Origin: Tubiluchus corallicola
Taxonomy: Eukaryota > Animalia > Priapulida
DNA length: 64,000 nt
Assembly: GCA_030141605.1 (NCBI GenBank)
Contig: JAQGDQ010000118.1
Span: forward strand, 186,001 to 250,000
Direction of reading: 5' to 3'
The position numbers and the translations under genes are program-made. This document shows, in pieces, positions 39,471-51,873 of this stretch (position 1 is the stretch's first letter; every line of letters starts with the position of its first letter). Below the pieces are notes generated by a model. It saw nothing but the letters and a program-made list of their open reading frames with translations. It was not told where the DNA came from and did not search any database.

Positions 39471-42151
39471 AATTTTAGCCCTTATGCAAATATAGAGATA
39501 TAGTAACTAACCAGATAGTAACTAACCATTTCTATAAAAATATATTAAACATTTTACTAGTTTTACCTTATTTATATACAACAATAGAATTACAGGTCTG
39601 AATCATTCATGCAGTCAGTGTGGAGTTGGGAAAGCGTTAAGTAAGGTGCCGTTTTTGTCGGAAATTGTGTTTAATTAACTCTTGCTGCAAATTTCCCTAA
39701 ATTATCCTTTAATGAGTATACGCTCATCCCAAAGGCACCAAACTGGGTCATTAAGAAAATTAATTAGCCGTTTCTCTCCGAACGAGAAGAATGTGGGAAA
39801 GCCATAAAGCGCAATTAACCAATTACTTTCAACACTGCCATTATACTTATTTTTATCATTAGTTAATTGAAAATAAAAATTTAAGAAACTAATTAAGAAA
39901 AGAAACTGTGGTTCGTGCGTCAGTAAATGCAAGCTAATACTAACAACATGTTGAAATTTAGATGTTTTTAATTCGAAAATTATACGTCACAGCACGGAAA
40001 AAATCAGTCGATATTTTGTCAGCAGCATACACAGTGAAAAGTGCTCAATGTCAAACGCGGATAATTTGACGAATAATTTAGGATCTCAGAGGGAAATACA
40101 TTAACGCCGATGAATTTCATAGTAAATTAACCCACAGGAAGCAAATATTACTTTAAAGGCTTTTATCTCGCGAATAAATTGAAAAATATAGATTTACGAT
40201 GCGTAGTAACAAAACAGAATGTTGCACAGGAATAATTTCCGCATAAAGCCAGTCATCATAAGAAAAACTTAAACCTAAACGTTCACGCCAATACAAAGCA
40301 AAAGAGGAACGCAAAACGAAGTGCTTTATAATGTGAAATGTCACTGAATTGCACCATCTATTTGCAAAGAGCGTTAAAAAATTTTGCTACCTTATATATT
40401 AGAGACCTATCGCACATACGTCAGAAACTGACACACAGAAAACTAGAAACTGAGCAGAATTGAAATGACCAGTGACTTAGTTGCGATGGATCAGATGGCT
40501 TTCCACCGAATGCTCATAGGGCTGAAAATGTTCGTGAATGTCAGTTTATTTTATGGGTAAAATGAAAATTCCACGATACTAAAGGTGGTGGCAGTTGTCA
40601 AATCTATATGGCACATGAGAGCCTATGGGGGAGTATATTTTCACGTATATATCAGTTCGAAAACTGTCCGATGTTCATTTTACGGATTACAAACACAATT
40701 CGAAAATTATGGGTTATACAGAAGCAGGCTGCATAAACGGGTACATTGAAAACAATATAAACCGATTTATCTATTCCGCACCCCCCAAAACGCACCCGCA
40801 TGCTATATAAACGCCTCTTTAGACATTGAATTCAAAATAAAGCGGAATTACTATTATTTACTTGAAGTCATGAACAATATAGTTCTAAAAGGTCTTTTAT
40901 GACACACTAGAAGTTTGGGGTGCGCATAGCTAGCATACATTCTAAGCTAATGACGCTAATTGGTAATGGAATTAGAACTTATGATTAGAGGTGAAACAAG
41001 GGTGTGGGTGCAGGCTAAAAACGTGGTTGAATTCAGGCAGGTTAGATGGGGTGGCACCCCATGCTAGAAACAGCTGAGGGTGCTACTGCTCTGAAGTGAT
41101 CTCTGGAATTGATTTCTCTGATGTCTGGTGGGAGTGTACAGTCTAACTCAGAAACTTTGTCACTATCGTAATGCACTTGGAGACTAATCCTTTAGGCCTA
41201 CTATCACGCATATAGAATACTTAATCACGTCTCTGCCTGTTATGCACGAAAAGCCGAAGACATTCATTTTCATCTTTCTTTTGTACGAATAATTTGATAA
41301 GATATATTGTCTTATAAGATTTGCCAAGTGACGTAAAGAAAAATGGTCAGTAGAGAATTTGATATTTGTTCATATCTCAAAAACTCCCCGTCACATTCAA
41401 TTTCCTACACCTTGCGCACACCCCTTTCCCTCTCAATGATTTACGCTCAGCTTGCATAATCATTCGTATATATTAACCAATACACATTATTATGTTAACA
41501 TTTTGTGTCAAACTCCTCCGACACGCGATGTGGTTTTTAGTGCAGAAAGCCACAAACACAGAGAAATGACACAAAGGAGAAAATCAACTAGCTGAAAGGT
41601 TTGATTTTTGTGAGCATCTGCCATTGCCCGGCGGCAAAACATTATCTAATTTCTAAAATAATCATTCCATGGCTTTCTATTGATCCACGCGCGGTTTTCT
41701 ATTATGGGGCGTATGAAAGCTAGAAACACAGTGAACCTGCAATGTTGAGCTGGTTAGTCTATAGCACCTCTAAATACGCACATTACGCCCTCAAATATAT
41801 GCTGTATTTTGTAACAATTTCGCACAGATGTAAGTTTTTAGTCAGTTGAGGCAAGGCAACATACAACCGCAGATGAATTGTCGATAAATCGACTTTTTTG
41901 TGCCTTTGTGACACGCTTTGTAGATGTACACAATAGAAAGCGAGGAAGCCCTAAACTGCAAAACCAATCAGCCGGAGAAGAGGAGCGCTTAATCAGGAAA
42001 CCCTACTTGAAGACAGTTAATCTAGGGAAGCCACAAAACGCTGGATTTACCGACAACAAAATACTTACAAGGTTTGAGCAATCAGTAAATTATTGCGTCA
42101 TGTGCAGAGCCACACCGAAAACAGCGCCGTAGAACCTGTAACCCTTACTAG

Positions 42152-42530
42152 AAAGATAGATAGATAGACAAACAGACAGACAGACGGACAGACAGATAAA
42201 ATTTATTTTGATCTCATCTATAAAACATTCAAGTACAGATAACACAACTGCAGGAAACAGGAGCTCAACTTTGAGCCATAAGAAACCAAAATTTCACATA
42301 ATTAAAGTAAAACAATAAAAGAAACAGGTGAAATAGTGTGAGTGTATGTACTAAGATCAGAAAGCGAAATGTACGTCATAAAAAGTACAGAATTCGTGAC
42401 ACACTTAAATGGATTAAACTAATTTACTGTTTGCTAACTGTTCACTAAAAACAGCTAAAAACTTTTAAAGGAGATAACAAATACTGAGCCTAGCTTGTTA
42501 TTCACTGCCGTGTATTTCAGCCGTACATAG
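42152..42530 (-). mobile_element. Probable CR1/L2-type LINE 3' end
   Basis: On the minus strand, AATAAA is followed almost directly by a (TCTG)n/(TCTA)n tail, the typical 3' terminus of these clades. Upstream protein similarity is weak. Confidence 0.4.
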
Positions 42531-43098
42531 TGCGACACCGACACAGCCAAAAGCCAAACAAGGAGCGTTCTCAATGCATATTAGCTTTTAGCAACTAGCA
42601 CTACAAGTAGGCTTAAGTTAAAACCAAATCCCCTACACACACAAGTCTTTTGGGCAAATTTTAATGTAAGGTCTTGTAAAGAGGGTTTAACAAAAACTCT
42701 AAGACCCTGCCTATTTTCGTATTTTGTGTCAACACAAATCTTTGCGGCAAATGGATAAATCTACTAACAACGTCGGTTTAATGTCAGACGAAAACTAACA
42801 AATTTAACCTGTCAACAATCAATCGCAGTTTTACACTAAAAGCTAGTGAAAACAGGAAATAAGCCAGAAAGCCTGAGATGGAGTGGTGCATGCATGCGCG
42901 GTACCAAAGAACCATCAACAGTTTAAGGCAATGCTTTAAAGAGGATTCATTTATATTTTGGCATAAATCTTAGCACGTATTTGTTGAAGAGAAAAAGAAT
43001 AAGTGCAACCGAGCAACTATTTATCCTAAAACGTTTTGGAATCATACGCACACGACAAACGGATATTTTTTGCAGATGCATTCGTTTACATATTTTTA

Positions 43099-43133
<35 letters not shown>

Positions 43134-44159
43134 CTCTAAAATACCAAAGAAATCTGAAAATAAAATAAAATAAAATGAGTAAAGGAAAAATGAATTAAAT
43201 AAAATATGCATGTCGATAAAGACGACACGATCATAACATATTTATATTATTTATTTTTCATGTTTGTGGGCTTAATGACAATATCAAGCCTACAATGTTT
43301 ATTTTTAAACTTTCTTAGCAAACATTCGTGCGTATGTACTAAAATGGTTCAAAATTCTCGGCTCGATGGCATTTCTGAGAAGGGCTTACATTTTGCAGCT
43401 ATATATATACATATATTTATATGTATCTTACAAACAAACTTAATTCCAATAGGGGATAAGGCTAGCTATGCCAAAAATTAACCAAAATATAAACACAATG
43501 CTCAATCAAAAAAAATTGAAATGAAAACAGCTTCACTAAGAAGTGTTACACAAATAAGTGTATGCAATTGTTTTCTTTTTGTTGCTAATAAGTACTGCAT
43601 ATTTTGCGTTCAAGTGTAACCGCCATACTCAATAACAGCTGTATCAATTACATGTGGCTGTAGAATGCACTGGTAACCAATTCTAATATCTTCTAATTAC
43701 ACGAAAACCGAAAAGCAAAAGTTTTACATACCACAGAAACGTATTTAGGTAAACTAAGTGCAACTGTGTATGTGAACAAATGACCGACAATACCCACAAT
43801 ACTTAACACGTTTAGTCCACTGGATGAACCAAAGCCAGACAATGCTAGTCACAATAAGTACGAAGCAGGTTACATTAACTTCCCAAATTGAGCGTTTGTT
43901 TTGTTTCCCGAAAGGAAAACTCATTTATTTACAAAAACAAGAACACTAAGCTAAATTCCACGATTTTTACACTCGACAGGTTCCAAAAATATGGAAGACG
44001 ACAAAACTAAACTGCACTTTTACCTCGTTTAAAGTTAAACCTGAGGGTATGGACAAAATATTACAATATACATGTACATATACTATTACAATTTGTCATC
44101 ACATAAAAAGAAACACTTGTGATACGAAATAACTCTGACTGATGAAAGATGCACTTCAC

Positions 44160-44173
44160 GTTGCCCTGGCAAC
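44160..44173. promoter_or_regulatory. RFX X-box
   Basis: GTTGCCCTGGCAAC fits the X-box consensus. Related sites are GTTGCCATGGCAAT (11314-11327) and ATCACCATGGCAAC (48834-48847). Confidence 0.5.
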
Positions 44174-45906
44174 CAAACATCTCATCGAGGAATGTTCAGC
44201 AAGAAGGACACCTTCTCCAGTCGAGGAAGTCAGCAAGCAGTTAGAAACAAGCAGCAATCGCGCCAAGATGTCTCGATTACACTCAAGAAACGGTAAGTAT
44301 CTCATTACTTAAACGAGTCGGTGAGTCTTGGATGGTACTCACAGTTGAGAAAGCAGTTGCAACTTCAACTCCTCAAACATGTGCAGCTAAACGCTCTTTG
44401 CAATTGACGTTTTCCAGCTCAGTATAAGAGTAATCAGTTCAGAAATTCAGAGCCAAGGGTACATTCACACGCAAAAGCTCACGCACGCACACATGCACAC
44501 AATTATTTATGTATTGTGGAGCTGCAAGGCTTTCGCGTTTATCTATGAAAAGCTAATATCAAGCTGAAAAGAATTAATGTTACACACTAAAATAACATCG
44601 GATGAAGAGCATGAATCGCCATTGTATGGCATACTATCATATAGATATATCATAATCACCGTGTGACGTTACTGGATGAAAGACAACTGCAACGACCACT
44701 GATTTCCACAAATTGTAACATGAGTGCTAAGTCATTATTGTAATTTGACGTGAAATTACGTAAATTATGACAAAAATACACATTGCACTACTTGCTAGTT
44801 GTATTCAAGTGTTGTCTAATCCAAGGATACTTAGCTTTTAATTTTTAAATAATTTTTAATTAGGGATATTTTTAAGCTTCGCACAAATAAAGAGATATGT
44901 CAAGTTATAACCTATTGAAATACTGAAACCTAACCCCTTGCAAATATATCTCGTCTTTTTTCCTCTTAACGTTGCTCCTCTGGTTGTAGCAACCATGTCC
45001 AAGGCATCACGCTTCATTTCTTTGAAGTTTAAAAAACAGGAGGTGAGAACTGTCCCCCAGTCGACTATTTCCATTAATCATAATGGCGACCTAGCCGTCA
45101 GACACGTAATACACTTAGAGGAGGATATGAGGTCATGCTCAAGTGCTGTCACAGCAGTATGACTGATTAAGCTTCAGATTATATCCAAGTGTTTGTAGTC
45201 GCATTATTGTGCCGATTAGTGTGCGGTGTTGGCTCAGTCGCTAATAGGGATATTACATAGCGCGTGAAGACGAAATTGAGCCTAATAATAATCAGTACAG
45301 CAAAGACTCTTTAAAAGGGCCGCAGGGTGAATCAGACGCAGCTATTGTGCGCGAGTCACAGAAGTGTGAAAAATATCAATATTCTTAATACATCAAAGAA
45401 AAACGAAATGTAGCTTGATGATAATTACCATGGGGTAAAAATGAAGCCTGGGTGTTATGTTCTTTAAAAAGGACGTACCCGATTGTGAAAACGACAAGGG
45501 CAATATGGTTGTGCATTTTATTTGATGCTGAGTCAACATTTAAAAAATGTTTTTTACACATAAAATGCAGAACCAAACAACACCGCTATGCATTCCAATT
45601 TACTTTCATTTACTACATTCATTCGTCTCGTAAACCACATCTGGTATTGACTTATAGGCATCCCATTCAATACTGTACATGTTGCAGAATTTTCTACATA
45701 AAAGTGAACATCTCTCGGCATCGCCAGATAAATATTACAATTGGTCATCGTCATCCTGCTGTATACGAAATGCGAGTAAGCATTTTTTAAACGATGCTGA
45801 TTCGTACTTGCGTTTACTAAAATTTGATTAGGATTGCAAAGCGTTTTCAAACATAAGCACATGTTATTTATACACACAAGGCGCTTAAACATACATAAGT
45901 ACTTAC

Positions 45907-45942
45907 CCTATCACGCTCGTCTTCACTCCGTTCACTATCACA
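45907..45942 (-). CDS. AUTS2: 36-nt coding microexon (CDSERSEDERDR), equivalent to AUTS2 exon 5
   Basis: Acceptor ctgttttttctttttcag|TGT and donor AGG|gtaagt. 12 codons, phase 0-0. Matches recalled human exon 5 (CDSDSDQEEK): CDS start followed by an acidic tract. Confidence 0.85.
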
Positions 45943-47964
45943 CTGAAAAAGAAAAAACAGATAATGTACGAAAAAATGGCTGGCAAAAGTCGTTATTTTC
46001 AATAACGCTTGAGATTTTAAGAGGTCTCAAACGTCAAGATATCTGCTAAGTTTGTATTGCAATTACACAATTCACTAATAAATAGGCTTATTTATTTCAA
46101 ATTAATTCCTTCCAAGCAAATTATAAAAGCCACTACACTGCGGGTCTTATGCCACACTGACGTATCTTGAGTGATTAGTTCAACTGCTAATATTCGAATT
46201 CGTAGCTAAGTAAACGAGTACAATAAACCGCCTCACAGTGATAATGCTGAATGGCTTAATCCTTCCTCTATAAGAAACTTGTAGTTAAGCCGGGAATTAA
46301 AAATGGCGATGAAGATGGCTACAGCCTGAATTGCGTTTTTAAATCCCATAATACCGCTCTTGGGATTAAATAGATTTCGACTTCAATTGCGAAAAACGCT
46401 CAAAAGCGACGAAGGAAATTAGATTGGCACGTTAACGGCGGGCATGAACGTTTCAGCTTGTACTGAGTTTGTTTGCAGACAACGTTTATTTTCTTCTATC
46501 ATCCTATATGCGGAATTGATCCACGCGCGGTGAGCGCGGGCGCGTAAATATAGTTTAATCTTTTTCCGCTAAGCAGTGCGGATTAGAATTCTGAAAGCAT
46601 CTCGGCTGAATTGGAACGGTTTTGTCGGGTTTGTGACATGTGCATCCAATTTCAGTCGCAATTAGTTTTTTCTGGCTTCGACAAAAGCGATTAGTTTCGC
46701 TGAGGAAGCCCGTCGCATCCAGATTGGTCGGCGAGAGTAATCAAAAGCCATTATTATCGATGTCGTTTGAAACGGGAGGCAAAAACGAATGAAAAGCTTA
46801 GTAAACGATTGATGTCGCTTCAATGAAGACACTCGTCAAGGGCCAGTAGGATCTAAGGCGCTCTTTAACAAACGAAATCTACGCTACTTGTGATTGTCAG
46901 AAGAGCTTGAAGATTTGCATTACACGCAAAGTGCAGAACGAAGCTTAATGTTTCACAGAAGAGAACAAAGCAGGGCTTTTAATTCTAACGAATGCACTTA
47001 TGTAATTACATTACCACCTTCTTTATTTCTTACACTGGGAGCAGTAACATAAAGAAAGTATCTTGGAAGTTGTACCCTATATTTTCTTGGCAGAATCGGG
47101 GCACATTAATTATGACTAAAAGCCTAAACGTCAAACAACGACCTCAAAAAGGGTTAAATGAGAAGGATGCCTTCCAAATGATTACAAGTAAATTAGTGGG
47201 AAAGAAAACTTCTGTGCGTGATCACAAACAGTCACCAGGTATGTGACTAAGCTAAGCCTGAGTGAAATAAAACGTTTAATCAGTCACTGGCACACAATAA
47301 TAAGCACAACATATTAAACAGTTACAACTACAGCTACATGCAAGCACTTTAACAATTTACTGAACAAGACAATAAAGTTATTAACAGAGATAAAATATCA
47401 AAGTCGGGACAAAAAACTGAAAAAAACAGAAGATTCTGAGAATGTCTGTCTGTAATAAAATTTGTGTACAACTGCGCATCAGACTGACCGACTATGCATG
47501 CAGCCAATGTTCTAAACGACTTGCAGACATCTGAGCTACTCGCACTTGTAACGTTCATATCCACAGCGAAGAGATGCTCTCAAATTCAATATTAAATTCT
47601 GCATCAAAAGAAAGGAAACTCTTCATTGCGGCTTGAAGACGACGGCTCTCGAAGCCAGGCTGAACAACGTTCGCATTATGGCAAAAACAAGCAGCATGCA
47701 TTGTGCCGGAAGTCATCTCCCCGCCCCGCCGCAAGCAGTCGTCGAGTAGGCTTCTCTTTTTGTTATTACTTCCGAACAAAAATGCAATTTGTCTTGAAGA
47801 GTAAAACGCTGACAGCCCTGAGCGGGTCACAGATTTCATAAACTAATCATGGCGAAAAACGATAATCTACTGTTACTGTGCTACAACGCAACGCAAAGAA
47901 GCAGCCAGTATGTTTTAAGCTGATATACACGTATTTTTCGTTTCAAATATTATAGTATGTAGTT

Positions 47965-48050
47965 AGGTCGCCGGACAGTATTCAAACCGGGCTGCCAATA
48001 TCGAACTACGAGTCTGGTGCATCAAGGTTCATCACTTCTCCCACTGTTTG
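47965..48050 (-). mobile_element. Decayed tRNA-derived SINE head (tentative)
   Basis: Minus strand gcaccagactcgtag...cccGGTTTGAATACtgtccggcgac: a B-box-like motif at tRNA-like spacing. Confidence 0.3.
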
Positions 48051-50479
48051 TACACAAGAAGTCCCATGGGGCGTCTGTTAGAAAAAGTACAACTTGCTTG
48101 TCATTAAAGCCATGTTGTCTGACGCGTCACAGAAGTGAACATTAACTTCAGATGACAAACCGCTCTGCATACCAAGACACAAAGTCGGCGCTTTGATGAT
48201 TTTAATTGGCAAAGATCTTACCTCACGTTTTTCCTTAATCAGCAGCAAAGCATATGGTATTCAAAAAAAAACATAAGCCTAATGACATGCATGTATAAGA
48301 CAGTATCTGTCTTAACAGTACCTTTTGAAAACATACTCATATCTTAGTCAGCTTAGACGACGTAGTGTGCTACGGAAAGTTTGCAGCTGGTACACTTTTT
48401 CCTATGAACGTTCAAATATGGCAAAATGGCACGAAAAACAAAAAGGTTGCGCCACGTGCGCCTGACAGCTAATGTCAACTGCACAGCTCATCAATATTCT
48501 GCTCACTAAACGCCCGATGGATTCTTTTATCATCCTATTAATAATGCAATGTCGCATCTTTATTGGCCAATTTGTTAATTATGCCAGCAACCTAACGAGT
48601 CTGCAGCGTCCTTAATTACGAAATTGCCGTCGCATCTTCGGTTAATTTGAGCGCCGTGAAGCGCATAATGAAGACGCAGGAGATGCGTCGAGGACAAGAC
48701 AACAGATTTACACTATTCTGATTAATTGCTCAATTAATTAGAAGAATCGTGGTTGCATTAGAGTGTTAAATTCAGAATGCGGTTCCCAGCTAATGAAATA
48801 AAGTACAATTACTAGCCCCAGTAGAGTAAATTAATCACCATGGCAACGGCGAGCGACAAAGTTAGCGTGTAGGATAAAACCATCTCACTGATAGGAAGAG
48901 GGTGCTAGCCAACTGGAGGCAACACTGGGTGACTAACACATTCTGCTGTCTCCCAATGTTTCTGCATAGAAGATATGTGAGGTTCCTTCATAATTTCATC
49001 TAATTTCATAACTAGGTAATTTATTTCGCTCAACACTCAACACGTTAAAAGACCCTTGCGAATATACGATCAAACCAAATATCAATCAGGTTGTAATGTA
49101 ACAACATTTTTGAGTGTGGAATTTTAAATGCGTATATAATGGTTGTTGAGCTTAAATTAAGTTTCGTTGTTCAATTCAACTACACTATAGAATTGATTAC
49201 CAACTGACACAGAAAGAGTAGGACATTTTTAGTGTCGCGAACTTTGAGTGAAATGTTAGAGATTAGGCTGTATTTCTAGCCAATTTGAATATACTCTGTA
49301 ATATTATAATTAACTGAATTAAAGTGTAGCAAAAACGTTTATTTCGGATAAGAAGTGAAACATAACATAATCTCTCTTTATCTTGCAATCACACACACAG
49401 ATATAATACAAATAATAATTTGAAAAACATTTTGTGAAGAAGGGGCAGCGTAAGACAAGTTGGTCATCTAGTCAGCTCCCTTTGGTTAGTCATGATCATA
49501 TTTTCTGACGCTGTACTATTAGTGTTACTAATGCTTATGGTTAGAATTTAATTCTTATAAATGACATTAAATTAAAAAAATACATATGAGAAAATATAGT
49601 TAATTGATAACAGGTGAGGTAATAATACATGTATAATAACCCAGTAATAATAGCTGTATAATAAAAAAATCAAACAATAACTGAGAGGCTTATATTATGC
49701 GTACATTTATTATCTCAAATTTCAATACAATTTGCAAAAAACACCACTGCGGCAAGACTATTCTGTGCTTTTTTCACAGTTCACTAGCTCGTGAAAATAA
49801 AAGCGTGGCGCAGAGAAGCCAGTGAAGCCGAGGTTTATACGCAGTTAATTGCCTATTAGCCGCCGCTGCCGCTTGTTCGCCGCGTTGTTTTGTGTGTTTT
49901 AAGCAGTTTCGAATCGATACGAAATTGCACTGTAGGCTAAACACAATCTTGGTGTAATTTGTTCAATGGATGTCGGGGGAAATGGTCGAAGCTTACGGCT
50001 TAATCCGGTTTACGGCCGGACGCCGCGAGTTGCGTGCAACCGCCATACACGCGTTTTTATCGCCCGCCATCAATGCGGAGAGCAATCTACAGTTAATTAA
50101 TTGGTTAGCCTAGGAGAAATGTGACTTACATTAGAAGCGACACGTGACCGCACAGCTTCCGCATCTCACACAAAGACCAGGAGCGCCGAGCTTGCTGGCA
50201 CGAATGCATGTATCAGGATAGTGTTAGAAGCTGTTGTAGCAACAGTAATGTTATACTTAAGAACTAGAACTAGACCTACATATCATTCTGAAGCGCGCAT
50301 TTTAGATTCTAAGATCCTCACAGAGATGTCTGCCTAGAAGCTTATCGCTACAATTTACACACCTACTGCGACGTTACCATATCTTGATAGCATCGCAGGA
50401 CAAAATTTAGCAATTTTCTATTTCTTATATTAACAGTAATAATATTAGTGTACAAATTAGCAATGTTGATAAATCATTT

Positions 50480-50685
50480 TTTCCTTCCTGCTTTCTTTCT
50501 TCTTTTCATTTCTTTTCTTTTCTTTCCCTTCCCTTCCTTTCCATTCTTTACTTTTTCTTTTTTCCTACGTTTTCGTTTTCTTCTTTTCTGTTTTTCGTTT
50601 AATTTTTAATCATTTACACATTTTGAAGAAAAAAAGGAAAAGCCACGATTCATGAGCGCAGGCAATTATGCATTGGTCAGCTAGT
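50480..50685 (+). mobile_element. Helitron-like 3' end preceded by a pyrimidine-rich low-complexity tract
   Basis: Ends ...gcgcaggcaattatgcattggtcagCTAG|T. Similar CTAG|T termini lie at about 9892-9914 (+, hairpin TTTACT/AGTAAA), 31770-31790 (-, gcacggg...CTAG) and 33980-34000 (-). Confidence 0.35.
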
Positions 50686-51310
50686 TCATAGTTGATCAGT
50701 CAGTAAATTTAATCAGTCACTAACAAACCGACTAACCAATCAATCATTTTCTCTAGTAGAAAATACTCACTGCCTAGCCAATCAGTCAATGATTAGCCAA
50801 ATACGATTACGATATCATCCTGTAAAATGTTTAGCTCTTCAAACAAAGAAAAGTTGGGAGAATTAAAACGCAATTACAGTTACAATAACGAATAATCATG
50901 CTTATAGGATTACAGTCTGCTGCATTATTCATGGATAACTGATTGAAGGATTCAGTTATCTGATCTTTGCAAGTTTACTGCTGGCGCCTGCGTAGAGGCT
51001 CCTACTGTTGATGTGAATGCTAATCTTTGACAGAGCGGAGGAAATTGAGAGCCAGAGGCGCTGACCAGAGGAAACCTGCTAAATACCAACATCATCTGTA
51101 CTGACTACTGACAATTGACACAATTCATGGAGTGGGGAATTAATTTGACAACTTGAAGCGACAGTATGGGGGATCATTAAACTAACCAAATTAGGGACAA
51201 AATGAAATGGGTTATACTTTAACGTCCACAAGCGGTAAATAGAAAAGTTACAACAGGCGCGTGGAACTAATGCGGAGAAACAAAGATCTAAAGCACTGTC
51301 AAAACATGAC

Positions 51311-51392
51311 TTCAGTCAACAGAATAATTTTGGTTTATTTGGAATTTTTAATTCAGTCAACAGAATAATTTTGGTTTATTTGGAATTTTTAA
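51311..51392 (+). repeat. Perfect 41-bp tandem duplication
   Basis: TTCAGTCAACAGAATAATTTTGGTTTATTTGGAATTTTTAA x2. Confidence 0.95.
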
Positions 51393-51837
51393 TACAATTC
51401 GACTCAAGGCAAGATAGAATCCAACACTGAACAGTATGGCCCACTAATAAAGTCAAATAGCTGTAGCGGTACTGCACCTTAACTTGTCATCAAAAAAGAC
51501 CCACTTAGACGAGACTCAATGAAATTCACAGCGGTGTCTTAGAATTGTTCAAATGTGTATACATGCACCCTTAGCAAAAAAAATTAAGCAGAGATAGTAA
51601 GTATGGTAGAAACATTAGGAGGTCGCCTATGCATTTACTAACTAGGCCTGTTATTGCTTAACTATGTAGGCAAGTGCTACATGGCTTTTCTGGGAAAAAG
51701 GAACACAATAAAATACACACAAAGACATAAGAATGTGTACTCATAATTTCAAGGACATGCACATGTTAAGAGCAGCTCATGCACATTAAATTGCAAACGG
51801 ATAAAAAAATAAAATAATTTAACAAAGGTATCCTTAC

Positions 51838-51873
51838 CATATAACCTTTCCCAGAACTTGGCCTTGAACTACA
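51838..51873 (-). CDS. AUTS2: 36-nt coding microexon (CSSRPSSGKGYM), equivalent to AUTS2 exon 4
   Basis: Acceptor ttcttttattttgtttcatttcag|TGT and donor ATG|gtaagg. 12 codons, phase 0-0. Matches recalled human exon 4 (SSAPSSLGTGYF, 36 nt), including the S-rich start and G-x-G-Y. Confidence 0.85.

Larger units (their letters stand above)
1..45906 (-). other. Very long intron (>45.9 kb) after the exon-5 equivalent; the next exon probably lies outside the window
   Basis: Manual scanning of minus-strand splice-site pairs found no phase-0 exon resembling ASDASSEKLF. This is absence of evidence, and a diverged exon could have been missed. Confidence 0.55.
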
